A stretch of 64,000 bases of DNA, taken from Escherichia coli O127:H6 str. E2348/69. GTDB taxonomy: Bacteria; Pseudomonadota; Gammaproteobacteria; Enterobacterales; Enterobacteriaceae. The notes beneath the pieces were generated by a model. It saw only the letters and a list, made by a program, of their open reading frames with translations, made no database searches and was not told the origin of the DNA. Shown piece by piece: positions 49,830-60,685 of the stretch (position 1 is its first letter; each line of letters opens with the position of its first letter). Both the position numbers and the translations under genes were made by a program. The DNA lies in NCBI RefSeq assembly GCF_000026545.1, contig NC_011601.1. The stretch is one strand, 5' to 3'.

Positions 49830-51482
49830 TTAAACGAAACGTACTGGTCCCGGCGTTGGTGCGGCATTTACAGAACTTACTGCGCTCTCGCCACCACTCG
49901 TTAATCCTCCCATACCTAAACGCAATCCGCCGCTGTTTGCCAGAAGCGCATAAGTACTTTGGATACCTTGCCCTGGAGTTCCTATTAACCTTCCGGTAAC
50001 TGGGCCGCTCCCTGAAAAATTCTGAATAACGCTATAACCAGGATCTGCAGCGACCTCATCATAAATATGCTCTTCTGGCTGATGAGCCGATAGACTATTC
50101 CGAGCCCCCCCAACTTCAGCATATGGATTAACCACTTCGCTAGAGGAATCTGACCAGTGTGTCGATGCAACACTCCCCTGCGAATCACGTCTATTCAGAG
50201 AAGCGTCTTCTGCTCTTGTGGCATCAGTGCCACCTTGTGCTGGGGTATTCCCTCCGGTCTGTTGCTGCACTACCGTATGTGTTGTTGTAGTAGTTGTCTG
50301 TTCTGCCGGCTGATTTCGTCTATGGAGCGCAGTCGTTACACCAGCACCAATTCCCCCAGCAACAATCAATGCACTGCTGAGGCCGTAACCAATACCCGAT
50401 GAAAGCTGTAATTCCTCCTGACGTCTGGCATGCTGATCCTCATATCGCTGCTGCGCCTGTGCATTGCTTTCAACAGCCTGCTGTCTGGCCACCTCACCAG
50501 CCTCTTTAGCTTGTTGTGCTATTTGCTCAACAATATCATCTTTTAATTCCCCAGACGGAATAGCATTTCCGTTCGCATCGATGTTAACTTTCTGGTTCTC
50601 AGGGTTCTTGAATGCTTCTTGCGTTAACTGATCTTTTGTTGCACTTTCTGCAGCATTTGCGGCCTGATCAGGATCGGTGGTTGTAGGATCATCCGGTTCC
50701 GGTGTCAAAGCCAACGCCTGTGCAATACCAGTTGCCGCCAGTCCCGCTAAACCAGCAGCAATTGCGCCGACAGAAACCCAGAATTTAGGATCTGAGCGAA
50801 CGCTGGAATTTGTTGTTGAAGTATGGGTTTCGCTAACAACGCCATCATCTATTCCCGAAGCGCTGCCAACACCAACAGAACGCGTATCAACGTCCTTGGG
50901 TTGACGTCCTCCATGATTGTCTGGGTCTAATTTGGCCAGTATTTTCGTACGAGCTTCCGCGATATCTGATGCGACAGTGACCATCGGATGCCCACTACCG
51001 CCACGTCCCCCGGTAAAAACAAATCTGTTTTTACCCTCAGTATCAATAGATTGCAAGCTGCTCCATTCTTGAGGACTTAATGTAACGCTAACCTCCAAAC
51101 CATTTTTTTCTCCAATAGCGGCATGAGTACCATCTGCCTGCACTTCAACACGAAATGCAGAGGGTCCAATTTGCGTATTGAGAATATCAAGTGGCCCCTT
51201 ATCATGGAGAACTTCAAATCCTCCAAGCAAGCATGTCTCAGATGTAGCTGCAGCAAGCCTCGATGGGTTTGTAGGAAGTCCTGGAATATCTCTGGAATCG
51301 ACAGAATCAGCCATAGAATTTCTCAGGGGAGAAAACAATGAACGAGATCCTAATGCTCCTGTAGAGCTAATTAGATGACCAGTTCCTCCCCGTGCCGCGC
51401 CGTCTGTTTGTGAAGGTAGTGGCGGCGCAGGGGGAATTAAATGATTGCCATTTACATTATTACCAAGGTTACCAATAGGCAT
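49830..51482 (-). CDS. tir: Translocated intimin receptor Tir, 550 aa
   Basis: MPIGNLGNNVNGNHLIPPAPPLPSQTDGAARGGTGHLISSTGALGSRSLFSPLRNSMADS... has two TM segments and a C-terminal EEHIYDEVAADP (Y474-type) motif. Confidence 0.95.
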   Translation of the reverse strand: MPIGNLGNNVNGNHLIPPAPPLPSQTDGAARGGTGHLISSTGALGSRSLFSPLRNSMADSVDSRDIPGLPTNPSRLAAATSETCLLGGFEVLHDKGPLDILNTQIGPSAFRVEVQADGTHAAIGEKNGLEVSVTLSPQEWSSLQSIDTEGKNRFVFTGGRGGSGHPMVTVASDIAEARTKILAKLDPDNHGGRQPKDVDTRSVGVGSASGIDDGVVSETHTSTTNSSVRSDPKFWVSVGAIAAGLAGLAATGIAQALALTPEPDDPTTTDPDQAANAAESATKDQLTQEAFKNPENQKVNIDANGNAIPSGELKDDIVEQIAQQAKEAGEVARQQAVESNAQAQQRYEDQHARRQEELQLSSGIGYGLSSALIVAGGIGAGVTTALHRRNQPAEQTTTTTTHTVVQQQTGGNTPAQGGTDATRAEDASLNRRDSQGSVASTHWSDSSSEVVNPYAEVGGARNSLSAHQPEEHIYDEVAADPGYSVIQNFSGSGPVTGRLIGTPGQGIQSTYALLANSGGLRLGMGGLTSGGESAVSSVNAAPTPGPVRFV

Positions 51483-51808
51483 ACATATATCCTTTTATTT
51501 AGAAATTTGACACGTTCCTTTATATTACTATGACGTAACGGTATGCAGCCGATAAAACAACTGAGCATAAACCAAATAAATCACAGTATAATTTTTGATG
51601 CAAGCAAAATAACGCACCAGAAATGCATGTCTGTATTTCCAACTAAAAAATCACATAATCAAAATCATTATATAATTATCGAAAAAAAATAATTATAATT
51701 TTTATATGCAGAAATTTAATTGTGTATTGAAAAATAATATTTTATTTTAAACGTCTATAGAGACCTTTTTGCATCAAGAAAAAAAATAACAGCGCAGTAA
51801 GTTTCCCC
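51483..51808. promoter_or_regulatory. tir (LEE5) upstream regulatory region, extremely AT-rich
   Basis: It is a 326-bp gap with long A/T tracts (for example 51640-51790). Known LEE architecture places the Ler/H-NS-controlled LEE5 promoter here. Confidence 0.5.
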
Positions 51809-52420
51809 CTACAGCCGAGTATCCTGCACATTGTCTGCAATCGCCTTCTCAGTTAGAGCCTTGATATCACTGATTTTCGCGGTGCTAAAATTCTGTTCAA
51901 AGATTTCGCGTGAGACTTGTTCTATCAATTTGGTTTGAGTGTTAAAACGTGTAATGGGATCCACTCCTTTACCACACTGCTCATCAACTTTCTGATTAAA
52001 GTATTTATTGGATTGCAAAAAGTGACTAATTGATGATTGTGCACAGTTCATATCGAGAGGCTGTTGTATCGCGCTTTCAACCTCTTTAAAAATGCGACAT
52101 TTAGTCTCCTTACTAATTGCCGAATTATTACTCATGCAATAGTCATCCACAGTTTTGTTTACTGCTCTGGATAGAAAAGTAATCTGCTCTTGCTTGAACC
52201 ATTGCTGGGTATCACTACTACCAGTTTGTTTGGCTACGGCCTGTAGTAGCTGGGTAGTCAGTTTGCCATGATTAATCATAAGGTTCGACTGCATAGGTGT
52301 GAACCTCATACCACTGGCTGCCATGCCCGCTTGCGTCGCAGCCTTGGTTACAGCGGGTCTAAGAGTTTGTGTAACCGCCTGAGCTAACGCTCTACCTACC
52401 ATTGCCGTTGGACTAAACAT
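51809..52420 (-). CDS. map: Mitochondria-associated effector Map, 203 aa
   Basis: MFSPTAMVGRALAQAVTQTLRPAVTKAATQAGMAASGMRF... has a WxxxE-family body and a C-terminal TRL PDZ-binding motif. Confidence 0.95.
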   Translation of the reverse strand: MFSPTAMVGRALAQAVTQTLRPAVTKAATQAGMAASGMRFTPMQSNLMINHGKLTTQLLQAVAKQTGSSDTQQWFKQEQITFLSRAVNKTVDDYCMSNNSAISKETKCRIFKEVESAIQQPLDMNCAQSSISHFLQSNKYFNQKVDEQCGKGVDPITRFNTQTKLIEQVSREIFEQNFSTAKISDIKALTEKAIADNVQDTRL

Positions 52421-52694
52421 GCTATAAACCTTTATAAATTACATAAAAAACATTTACACCTATAAAAATAAAACGAATAAATAAAACTATAATATTATTT
52501 TATGATTTTAATTTTCCTCCAGAACTTTTCCTCCAGCACTATTTATAGGTGGTTGCACTACATTTATCATATGCTATCATGAATATGCAACATTATTACT
52601 TACATGTTATATTTTTTCCTTGTTATTTGTGTAAGAACTCACAAATAAATTACCTATGAACACATCAGCGTTATAAGAATGACAGGACTACAAT

Positions 52695-53057
52695 ATGAAT
52701 GAACAATTTTGCAAAGATCTTGCACATACGTTTGGGATAACATTGGAAGAGCAAACTGACGCCCTCGCTTTTCACGATAACGATGGTCATGAGTGGATAC
52801 TTGAGTGCGCACCTCAATCAGAAATTTTGTTTTTTTATTGTTACCTATCAACCAACGAACCAGATCAAATCAATAAAATATTAGAAATAAACAACAACCG
52901 AGAAATGCTTGGTATGTTTTTCTTATCATTAAAAGACGATAAAACTTTCTTAAACATTGCATTCCCCAAAAATAAAATAGATATAACGGAATTCACTAAC
53001 TTGATGGAAAACGGATATCTACTAAAAAAAGAAATAATAAAACTACTTTCACTTTGA
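52695..53057 (+). CDS. cesF: EspF chaperone CesF, 120 aa
   Basis: Size and position between map and espH on the opposite strand match the canonical LEE. Confidence 0.85.
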   Translation: MNEQFCKDLAHTFGITLEEQTDALAFHDNDGHEWILECAPQSEILFFYCYLSTNEPDQINKILEINNNREMLGMFFLSLKDDKTFLNIAFPKNKIDITEFTNLMENGYLLKKEIIKLLSL

Positions 53058-53258
53058 TTTATTTGCTTTTTACTTTGGAAGTGATAATATGGACTGGATG
53101 GTGGCATCCATTCAGTCCATATTTCACAAAAACTACAGTGCTCTATCCTTGAAATACTAATCATTTCGCCTGCATATTCTTTTCAAAAAAATAATGAAAT
53201 ATCGTCCCCAGAACAGAACACATTCTGGGGAGAAAAAGAAAACAGCATAAAATAATAC

Positions 53259-53765
53259 TTAAACTGTCACACCTGATAAAGAGTTTAATGTAGTATTCTC
53301 TGGAGGGTTCACACCTTCTGTAGACTGTACGCGACGTAACAAAGAAGAGAGCCCTCTTTCAGTTAAAAAGCCTTCCAGTGCAGTGCGAGGAAACCAGGTT
53401 GAAGACAGTGGCGTAATGTGTCTCTCATTTAATTTACTTTCCAGGGCCTTCGTAACGCCTCCATACAAAAAGCTAAATATCCTTGAGAAACATCCACTTT
53501 CCTGAGTTATCTTATTTACTTTGTACACATAATTATCTTTATCTTTAATGAAGCGGACAGCATAATCTTTTCCACGAAAATTGATAATTGAATAGTCATC
53601 AATGCCTGCAAAAACCCGGTGGTGACGCTGCTGCATGCGTGCTTTAAGTTGCAGTTCATCTACTATATCATCATTCGATATATGAAGAGTTCGGGTCAAC
53701 TTATTCCATGACGCATGGCTTGTCAAAGAAGTAGTGAATGTTATACCTGATAATGATGACGACAT
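53259..53765 (-). CDS. espH: T3SS effector EspH, 168 aa
   Basis: MSSSLSGITFTTSLTSHASWNKLTRTLHISNDDIVDELQLKARMQQRHHRVFAG... The start is taken at the internal Met of the track ORF. Confidence 0.9.
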   Translation of the reverse strand: MSSSLSGITFTTSLTSHASWNKLTRTLHISNDDIVDELQLKARMQQRHHRVFAGIDDYSIINFRGKDYAVRFIKDKDNYVYKVNKITQESGCFSRIFSFLYGGVTKALESKLNERHITPLSSTWFPRTALEGFLTERGLSSLLRRVQSTEGVNPPENTTLNSLSGVTV

Positions 53766-53795
53766 CATACACCTCCCTATATAACGCATTCCTGA

Positions 53796-54713
53796 TTAAT
53801 CACATACTACGCTAATAGTAAAATAAAAATCTTCGTTGATTTTTATAATACTCCCGTATGCGATTGTGGTATTATTCCGTACTAACTGGCACCCACCAAA
53901 AAGATGATATCCCGTTGAATCGATAATGTCATCTTTTTGGACATTACGCAACATATGTATATCAATATGCACTGTGCCAATCACACAATAAATGCGATTC
54001 ATCACAGTCTCGCTGCTGATAGTACATAACGGATCTGCAGCCAGAACATCCGTGACAGATAAATTATTATCGCTCAGCTTTACGGTTGCCAAAGGGTTAT
54101 TAATAACAATCCAGCACCTTCTCTCTTGACTATCATCAACATGATAGAGTCTCAGACTATCACCAACTCTCAACTCTGTAACTGGATAATCAGTCCACCC
54201 AGGTACGATATAGCCATCAAAAAAAAGAGCATTAGAATGTGGAACAAATTGCCAATTATCATTAATCAGATGTTGTAAACTTTGTACCGTTGTTTCGAGT
54301 ATAATTACATTAAGTCTGTTTTCTCCATTATTATTTTCTATTACCGGATAAACATCTTTATTTAGCATCGTAAATTGAACATCATCAACTGACACATCAC
54401 CTTCCGGTAAGGCAGTCTGCATTACCCATAAGATCATGAGTTTTATCATATCTTCCGGTATCAGCCGGCTTTCACTATACGGGAATAACTCTTGGCACCA
54501 CTGAATGAACTGTTCTTCTGATATCCAGAAACGCCCCTCATAGCCCGAGTATGTCAACGTGAAACGAATACCATGACCGCTGACCTCACGAAAATATGCA
54601 TGGCAAGCATGACCTTCGGACGTAATATAGAGGCGACCGGTTCCGATAACTGGCAACAACGGCAAATAAAAATCGTTAATTTTCATATTCAATTGTGAAC
54701 TCAATGGCTTCAT
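53796..54713 (-). CDS. sepQ: T3SS C-ring/sorting platform protein SepQ (EscQ), 305 aa
   Basis: Canonical LEE3 position, with a C-terminal SpoA/FliN-like region. Confidence 0.9.
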   Translation of the reverse strand: MKPLSSQLNMKINDFYLPLLPVIGTGRLYITSEGHACHAYFREVSGHGIRFTLTYSGYEGRFWISEEQFIQWCQELFPYSESRLIPEDMIKLMILWVMQTALPEGDVSVDDVQFTMLNKDVYPVIENNNGENRLNVIILETTVQSLQHLINDNWQFVPHSNALFFDGYIVPGWTDYPVTELRVGDSLRLYHVDDSQERRCWIVINNPLATVKLSDNNLSVTDVLAADPLCTISSETVMNRIYCVIGTVHIDIHMLRNVQKDDIIDSTGYHLFGGCQLVRNNTTIAYGSIIKINEDFYFTISVVCD

Positions 54714-55092
54714 CAGGAAAGATTTCTTTTAACTTATCGAAAACATAGTCTTTTTTATGATATAAAAAAACATGATTTCTATTATTTTGGCTTATTTTAA
54801 TAGACAGATAAATGATTCCGTTACTACATTTAATTGTTAAAACAACTCCTCGTAATCTTCCACAAAGAATACTAAACGAGTGCTCCCCTTCTTCAAAGTA
54901 GCGTCGTCTTCGGCCCGAGGAGTAAAACAATCTCTTCCATAAAGAAGCCATTCGTATGAACAACGTATCAGGCGATCTTTTTTTTATATGATAAAAAATA
55001 TCATTAAAACTTTCTTCTCCTTGCGGCCAATCATCTGATGGCCGAAAAGAAACAGGCTCTATCAAATTTCTTTTTAGAGAAACTCTAGTCAA
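54676..55092 (-). CDS. escP: T3SS needle-length/substrate-switch protein EscP (Orf16), 138 aa
   Basis: Canonical position and size. It overlaps sepQ by 38 nt. Confidence 0.8.
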   Translation of the reverse strand: MTRVSLKRNLIEPVSFRPSDDWPQGEESFNDIFYHIKKRSPDTLFIRMASLWKRLFYSSGRRRRYFEEGEHSFSILCGRLRGVVLTIKCSNGIIYLSIKISQNNRNHVFLYHKKDYVFDKLKEIFPDEAIEFTIEYEN

Positions 55093-55462
55093 AGTAATGT
55101 TCCTTTATGGCAAAAGATAATTTTTCTACTGATTTATTAACATGTTGCAGATTCTCTTTTGTTCGTTTTTGTGAATCTAGCAATGAACGCTTTTCCTTCG
55201 AAAGTGAAGATTTTTTCTCATACAATCGCTGCTTTTGCTCATCAAATGCATTGTTTTTAATCTGATATTTATACAACGACACTTTATCCAAATTCACCAG
55301 CGATGCACAATACGCCTGCTTAGAGGCAATCGACTCTTTAATGGATTGCTCGCAGTCATCGAGTTTACCATCCACCTCTTTTATCTGAGAGTTAATCTTA
55401 GCCATTGATTCTCTCAATCGGTTCGCTCTGCTTTTACGAATAGATAAAATTCTGTCCAACAT
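55085..55462 (-). CDS. escO: T3SS stalk protein EscO (Orf15), 125 aa
   Basis: It is a coiled-coil-rich small protein immediately downstream of escN (FliJ/YscO analogue position). Confidence 0.8.
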   Translation of the reverse strand: MLDRILSIRKSRANRLRESMAKINSQIKEVDGKLDDCEQSIKESIASKQAYCASLVNLDKVSLYKYQIKNNAFDEQKQRLYEKKSSLSKEKRSLLDSQKRTKENLQHVNKSVEKLSFAIKEHYFD

Positions 55463-55464
55463 AC

Positions 55465-56805
55465 TCAGGCAACCACTTTGAATAGGCTTTCAATCGTTTT
55501 TTCGTAACTACTGATATCTTTGGTGCTTTGTTGTATAAAGTTCTGAATTAATTTCCTATTTTTTATTGCCTTATCTGCTTCAGGATCTTGCCCCATCGTG
55601 TACTCACCAATACGAATAAGCAGCTCAACATTTTTATAAGTTGCAATAAGCTTTTTGCATTCTGCCGCCGCACGCAAATGCTCCGATGTAACAACGTTAT
55701 GCATAACACGACTGGCACTTAAACCAATATCAATTGCAGGGAAATGGTTTTCCTCTGCAAGTTCTCGGGTAAGTACGATGTGCCCATCAAGAATAGAGCG
55801 GACTTCATCGCCAATAGGATCATTAACATTATCGCTTTCTAACAACACCGTATAAATCGCGGTTATTGAACCTTTTGGCGCAGGCCCCGCTCGCTCTAAT
55901 AATTTGGGTAACGAAGAAAAAACACTCGGAGGGAATCCCCCCCTTACATCAGGCTCTCCCGATGCAAGCCCAACATCACGCGCGGCTCGGGCATAACGAG
56001 TTACAGAATCCATCATTAATAATACATTTTTACCTTGATCGCGGAAGTACTCTGCAATAGTCGTCGCCGTAAATGCGGCTTTCATCCTTTCCAGCGCGGG
56101 GCGGTCTGACGTTGTGACGACCAGCACACATTTAGAAAGCGTGGATTGAGGTAAAAGCGCGAGGAATTCATTTACTTCGCGACCACGTTCGCCGATAAGA
56201 GCAAGGACAATAATATCTGCGGATGCGCCATTACAAATCATCCCCAAAAGCGTACTTTTACCAACGCCTGAACCAGCAAAAATACCGATACGCTGCCCAA
56301 TACCGCAAGTTAGTAGCCCATCAATTGCCCTGACGCCAAGTATAAATGGCTGATCAATAACCTGCCTTAATAAAGGATCTGGTGGTTCAGCATACAAGCT
56401 GCGTTCAAACGGAAGATAGGGGGCAACAATATTACTCTCCATTGGTCTGCCTATGCCATCAATAAGCCGCCCAAGTAGTGCGTCTCCAACACGAATCTTG
56501 AACTCATCCCCCTGATAACTTAACCACTGACCACAGTACATGCCGGAAACATGCTCAAAAGGCAACAAGAAAACCTCATCTTCATCAATAGCGATCACCT
56601 CGGCTAAACGTTGACTGGGTTCTATCTTGTAAAAGGCGCCAATACGCGCTTTTGGTAAACGCGCCTTAATAATCGTCCCGCCGATATTGATAATCTTGCC
56701 TTCATATCTGGTAGACGAATTTAATGATAATGCCGGCACAGTGCTATTGAGCACTTTCTGAATACGTGGGTATTTTTCCAATACAGAATCATGCTCTGAA
56801 ATCAT
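55465..56805 (-). CDS. escN: T3SS ATPase EscN, 446 aa
   Basis: It has Walker A GSGVGKST and F1/FliI-like ATPase sequence. Confidence 0.97.
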   Translation of the reverse strand: MISEHDSVLEKYPRIQKVLNSTVPALSLNSSTRYEGKIINIGGTIIKARLPKARIGAFYKIEPSQRLAEVIAIDEDEVFLLPFEHVSGMYCGQWLSYQGDEFKIRVGDALLGRLIDGIGRPMESNIVAPYLPFERSLYAEPPDPLLRQVIDQPFILGVRAIDGLLTCGIGQRIGIFAGSGVGKSTLLGMICNGASADIIVLALIGERGREVNEFLALLPQSTLSKCVLVVTTSDRPALERMKAAFTATTIAEYFRDQGKNVLLMMDSVTRYARAARDVGLASGEPDVRGGFPPSVFSSLPKLLERAGPAPKGSITAIYTVLLESDNVNDPIGDEVRSILDGHIVLTRELAEENHFPAIDIGLSASRVMHNVVTSEHLRAAAECKKLIATYKNVELLIRIGEYTMGQDPEADKAIKNRKLIQNFIQQSTKDISSYEKTIESLFKVVA

Positions 56806-58816
56806 TTACCGTTCCTAATACTTTAAGTTCGATATTATTCCCAACCTCCTGAAAAGAGAGCACGGGGACTGACGGGAACGAACCTTCAATCATTTTCTTC
56901 ACATAGCGCCTGATATCTAAAGCGGTCAGAATGACGCCGTTCCCCGTTGGATTCATGATATTTTTTAAGAAGCCAATTATCTGCTCAGTTCGCTCCGGTG
57001 AGATATTCAGATACGAACCTGATGACGTTTGTCTGATCGACTCTCGTAGCTCATTTTCAATATCAGAGCCAATAAGCCAAACGTTCAGAAGTGTACCGCT
57101 AACGCTATAGCGACCTAAAATATGCCGACGCAGGGCGATACGAACGTATTCGCACAAGATAACCACATCCTTTTCTTTTGTTGACCAAAAAATAAGCGTC
57201 TCAAAGATAGTTCTCAGATCTCTAATTGAGACATTTTCCTCTACGAGACGTTGTAGAATGTCAACAATTTTGCTCAAACCAAGCTGGCGCTGCAGCTCTT
57301 TCACAAGCTCGTTATATTTTCTCTCCATGATGTCCATCAAATAACGCGTTTCTTGTACGCCGATGAACTCTTTGGCATTAGACAATACAAGTTTCTTTAG
57401 CAAAAACGTTATCTTATCATTTGTTGTTGCATAAACATCCATACCTGTAAGGTGAGCGAGTTGTTGATTAGTCTTATTCGTCTTATATACGATAGAGTTA
57501 GTCGAAAGCTTTTCCTGGACAAATTCGAATGATATCTCTGCATGCCCAGCCTCAAAATAGACAGTATCATCTATAAGAGTATCTTTGTATATTGACTCTT
57601 GATAGAGCAAAAATTCTATTGCGCTATCATTATTTTTAACCGGATTAACAATAATCTTAGGCAATGGAATTCCACTTTCCTCAAAGAAATTCCAACGCAT
57701 GACCTCAATTTGCTGTGTAATGTCTGAACTATAAATATTACTACTTAAGTTTAAAATCAATGGCTCAGCGCCCGGTGAGATGTTTTGGCTATTAGACAAA
57801 TCAGCTCCCATAGCATCCTTATTATTGCCAGCTCCAAATGTTCTTTTCTTCTGTAATTTCCAGGCTATCCCCAACAGGCAAACCGCCAGAAATAAGAAGA
57901 CCAATGTAGGAAAGCCCGGAATAATCGCCATTACGAGCATTAGTGCGGCACTGATTAAAAAAGGGCGACTATTAACAGAAACCTGTTGAACAATATCACC
58001 TGCAAGGTTTTCTTCTTTTTCGCTTTCACCGGGCACACGAGTAACAACCACGCCCGCGGTGACAGAAATAATAAGCGCAGGGATCTGGGCAACCAAAGCA
58101 TCACCGACAGACAATACAGAAAACAGGCTAAGTGCCTCACTAAATGGCATGTCAAATTGCCACATACCAATGAGCACGCCACCAAAAAGGTTAACTAAAA
58201 CAATAATGATACCAGCAATAGCGTCCCCTTTTACAAACTTCATCGCCCCGTCCATTGAACCATAAAACTGGCTTTCCTTTTGCACTCGGGAGCGAAGAAC
58301 TTTTGCCTCAAGCGGGTCAATAACGCCTGCGCGCATATCACCATCAATACTCATTTGCTTTCCTGGCATACCATCAAGGGAAAAACGAGCACTCACTTCA
58401 GCAACACGCTCGGCCCCTTTTGTAATAACCATAAATTGAACAATGGTGATAATAGTAAAAATAACCAGGCCAACAACAATATTACCGCCAACAACAAAGT
58501 TACCGAAGGAGTAAATAATGTCACCCGCATCGTGATGCAGCAGAATAAGTCTGGTTGTACTAACACTGAGCGACAGGCGCATCAACGTCGTAATCAACAG
58601 GATTGTGGGGAAAGAAGTTAGTTCAAGAGGATTTTTTATATAGATTGAGAGCATTAATAAAAGTAAAGCTGTCGAAATATTAATCGCGATAATGATATCC
58701 ACCACAACTGTTGGTAGTGGAATAATCATCATCATTACAGCCATAAAGAAGAAGAGAGCCAGAATAAGATCGTGATATGACTCTGCTTTTTTAAATATAT
58801 TTAAGAGTTTATTCAT
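56789..58816 (-). CDS. escV: T3SS export gate protein EscV, 675 aa
   Basis: It belongs to the FlhA/YscV/InvA family, with N-terminal polytopic TM segments and a cytoplasmic C-domain. Confidence 0.97.
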   Translation of the reverse strand: MNKLLNIFKKAESYHDLILALFFFMAVMMMIIPLPTVVVDIIIAINISTALLLLMLSIYIKNPLELTSFPTILLITTLMRLSLSVSTTRLILLHHDAGDIIYSFGNFVVGGNIVVGLVIFTIITIVQFMVITKGAERVAEVSARFSLDGMPGKQMSIDGDMRAGVIDPLEAKVLRSRVQKESQFYGSMDGAMKFVKGDAIAGIIIVLVNLFGGVLIGMWQFDMPFSEALSLFSVLSVGDALVAQIPALIISVTAGVVVTRVPGESEKEENLAGDIVQQVSVNSRPFLISAALMLVMAIIPGFPTLVFLFLAVCLLGIAWKLQKKRTFGAGNNKDAMGADLSNSQNISPGAEPLILNLSSNIYSSDITQQIEVMRWNFFEESGIPLPKIIVNPVKNNDSAIEFLLYQESIYKDTLIDDTVYFEAGHAEISFEFVQEKLSTNSIVYKTNKTNQQLAHLTGMDVYATTNDKITFLLKKLVLSNAKEFIGVQETRYLMDIMERKYNELVKELQRQLGLSKIVDILQRLVEENVSIRDLRTIFETLIFWSTKEKDVVILCEYVRIALRRHILGRYSVSGTLLNVWLIGSDIENELRESIRQTSSGSYLNISPERTEQIIGFLKNIMNPTGNGVILTALDIRRYVKKMIEGSFPSVPVLSFQEVGNNIELKVLGTVNDFRA

Positions 58817-59166
58817 GATGTCATCCTGCGAACGCGCTCAATAATCTGCACATGCTGTTGAAAAGTATTCATTAGAAAAAAAACATCGATATTGGTTAAC
58901 AAACAACTTAAGCACAATTTATTATCGTAGACAAAAATATGTTCAATCACTCCCTGCGTACGCTCAGGAGCAAGGGCACTAAAGAAAGAGAAAAATGCGT
59001 TTTCGTTATACTCTAAAGCAAACGTAACAAAAACATTATTATCAATTATTTCAATAAAAAAAGAAAACCCATTAAAATCAATTTCAACACGGTTATCAAA
59101 TAAATAAAAATCATTTCCCAACAATCTTAAAAACTCTTCAACATTTCTTTTAACTAAAAGATTCAT
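58813..59166 (-). CDS. mpc: Orf12 / Mpc (CesL), first gene of LEE3, 117 aa
   Basis: Canonical position. It overlaps the escV start by 4 nt. Confidence 0.8.
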   Translation of the reverse strand: MNLLVKRNVEEFLRLLGNDFYLFDNRVEIDFNGFSFFIEIIDNNVFVTFALEYNENAFFSFFSALAPERTQGVIEHIFVYDNKLCLSCLLTNIDVFFLMNTFQQHVQIIERVRRMTS

Positions 59167-59350
59167 CTGCAGGCTCTGAAGTAAGTATACGTGTGAATAT
59201 TATTGCTTGAAAAAGCGTATTGGATAATATATACAGTATATGTACTTTATGTACATTGCAACTATTTAAATAATATAATAGTTGCCTATGGGATAATTTG
59301 GTTATTTATAACCAGGTAAATGTCTAAATTAGACAAAAGGAGAAAGATCA
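59167..59350. promoter_or_regulatory. Divergent LEE2 / LEE3 promoter region
   Basis: It is a 184-bp AT-rich gap between the divergent mpc and espZ starts. This is the known overlapping divergent Ler-dependent promoter region. Confidence 0.6.
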
Positions 59351-59647
59351 ATGGAAGCAGCAAATTTAAGCCCTTCTGGTGCAGTATTACCACTGGCAGC
59401 CACAATCAATGGAAATAATCCAGTGGATGAGAAGACAGGGGTGATGCAGTCAGAAGGTGGAACAAGTCGCAGCGTTAGAATCCTGGGTGGAGTTTTAATA
59501 GGTGCAGGTGTTCTAGCCGCTATCGGTACTGGTATCGCAGCAATGTGTGTTGACGACCCTTCACAAAGATTAGGCTTAGGAATCGCAGCCGGTGTATTAG
59601 GTGGCGTAACTACTGTTGCCGGCGGATTAGCGATGAAATATGCCTAA
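59351..59647 (+). CDS. espZ: T3SS effector EspZ (SepZ), 98 aa
   Basis: MEAANLSPSGAVLPLAATINGNNPVDEKTGVMQSEGGTSRSVRILGGVLIGAGVLAAIGTGIAAM... has two TM segments. Confidence 0.9.
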   Translation: MEAANLSPSGAVLPLAATINGNNPVDEKTGVMQSEGGTSRSVRILGGVLIGAGVLAAIGTGIAAMCVDDPSQRLGLGIAAGVLGGVTTVAGGLAMKYA

Positions 59648-59676
59648 TCATCGCATCGCATAAAAATAGAGAGGTA

Positions 59677-60105
59677 ATGGATGCATTATGCTATTGCCTC
59701 TCTCATGAAAAGAGACTAACAGTAAATATGAATAATATTAATCAATCGGAAAACATTAATATTCAGTTAAATAAAGCATCCCAAACAAATGTCGTTGATG
59801 AGCATATCCCGTTAGCATCAACCCCCTCTGCAGCCGGAGCGGCTCAGTTTCTTGATCAATTACTCCCTAAAACGGCGGGAGTGTCTTCCCCAGAACAAGT
59901 GTTGATTGAGGAAATTAAAAAGCGACATCTTGCAACAATGAACACCGATCTCAGTTTCGATGCACTATCTGCAGGTGGGCTCTCGCCCGAAGATGTACTC
60001 ACTTTACAAAAGAATGTGCTCAACGCAAACGTCAATGTTGATGTCGTATCTAAGTTAGCAAGCCTCCTTTCAACATCGGTTACAAAATTAGTTTCGATGC
60101 AATAA
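59677..60105 (+). CDS. escI: T3SS inner rod protein EscI (rOrf8), 142 aa as drawn
   Basis: Canonical position before escJ. The SD spacing for the 59677 ATG is very short, and an alternative start MNNINQ lies at 59728. Confidence 0.8.
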   Translation: MDALCYCLSHEKRLTVNMNNINQSENINIQLNKASQTNVVDEHIPLASTPSAAGAAQFLDQLLPKTAGVSSPEQVLIEEIKKRHLATMNTDLSFDALSAGGLSPEDVLTLQKNVLNANVNVDVVSKLASLLSTSVTKLVSMQ

Positions 60106-60107
60106 AA

Positions 60108-60680
60108 ATGAAAAAACACATTAAAAACCTTTTTTTATTGGCTGCTATTTGTTTGACAGTGGCATGTAAAGAGCAATTGTATACAGGATTAACAGAAAAA
60201 GAAGCTAATCAGATGCAAGCACTGTTGCTATCCAATGATGTCAATGTTTCCAAAGAAATGGACAAAAGTGGAAATATGACACTCAGTGTGGAAAAAGAGG
60301 ATTTTGTTCGCGCAATAACGATTTTAAATAATAACGGCTTCCCGAAAAAGAAATTTGCAGATATCGAGGTTATTTTCCCACCCAGCCAGTTAGTGGCATC
60401 GCCATCACAAGAAAATGCAAAAATCAACTATCTCAAAGAACAAGACATCGAAAGGTTGCTAAGTAAAATACCCGGTGTTATCGATTGCAGCGTTTCATTA
60501 AATGTTAACAATAACGAAAGTCAACCATCCTCAGCAGCCGTTTTAGTCATCAGCTCGCCAGAGGTTAACTTAGCACCATCGGTCATTCAGATAAAAAACC
60601 TGGTTAAGAATAGTGTCGACGATCTCAAATTAGAAAATATTAGTGTTGTTATCAAGTCATCCTCAGGACAGGACGGGTAA
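60108..60680 (+). CDS. escJ: T3SS inner-membrane ring lipoprotein EscJ, 190 aa
   Basis: It has a lipobox LTVAC and YscJ/PrgK family sequence. Confidence 0.95.
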   Translation: MKKHIKNLFLLAAICLTVACKEQLYTGLTEKEANQMQALLLSNDVNVSKEMDKSGNMTLSVEKEDFVRAITILNNNGFPKKKFADIEVIFPPSQLVASPSQENAKINYLKEQDIERLLSKIPGVIDCSVSLNVNNNESQPSSAAVLVISSPEVNLAPSVIQIKNLVKNSVDDLKLENISVVIKSSSGQDG

Positions 60681-60685
60681 TATGT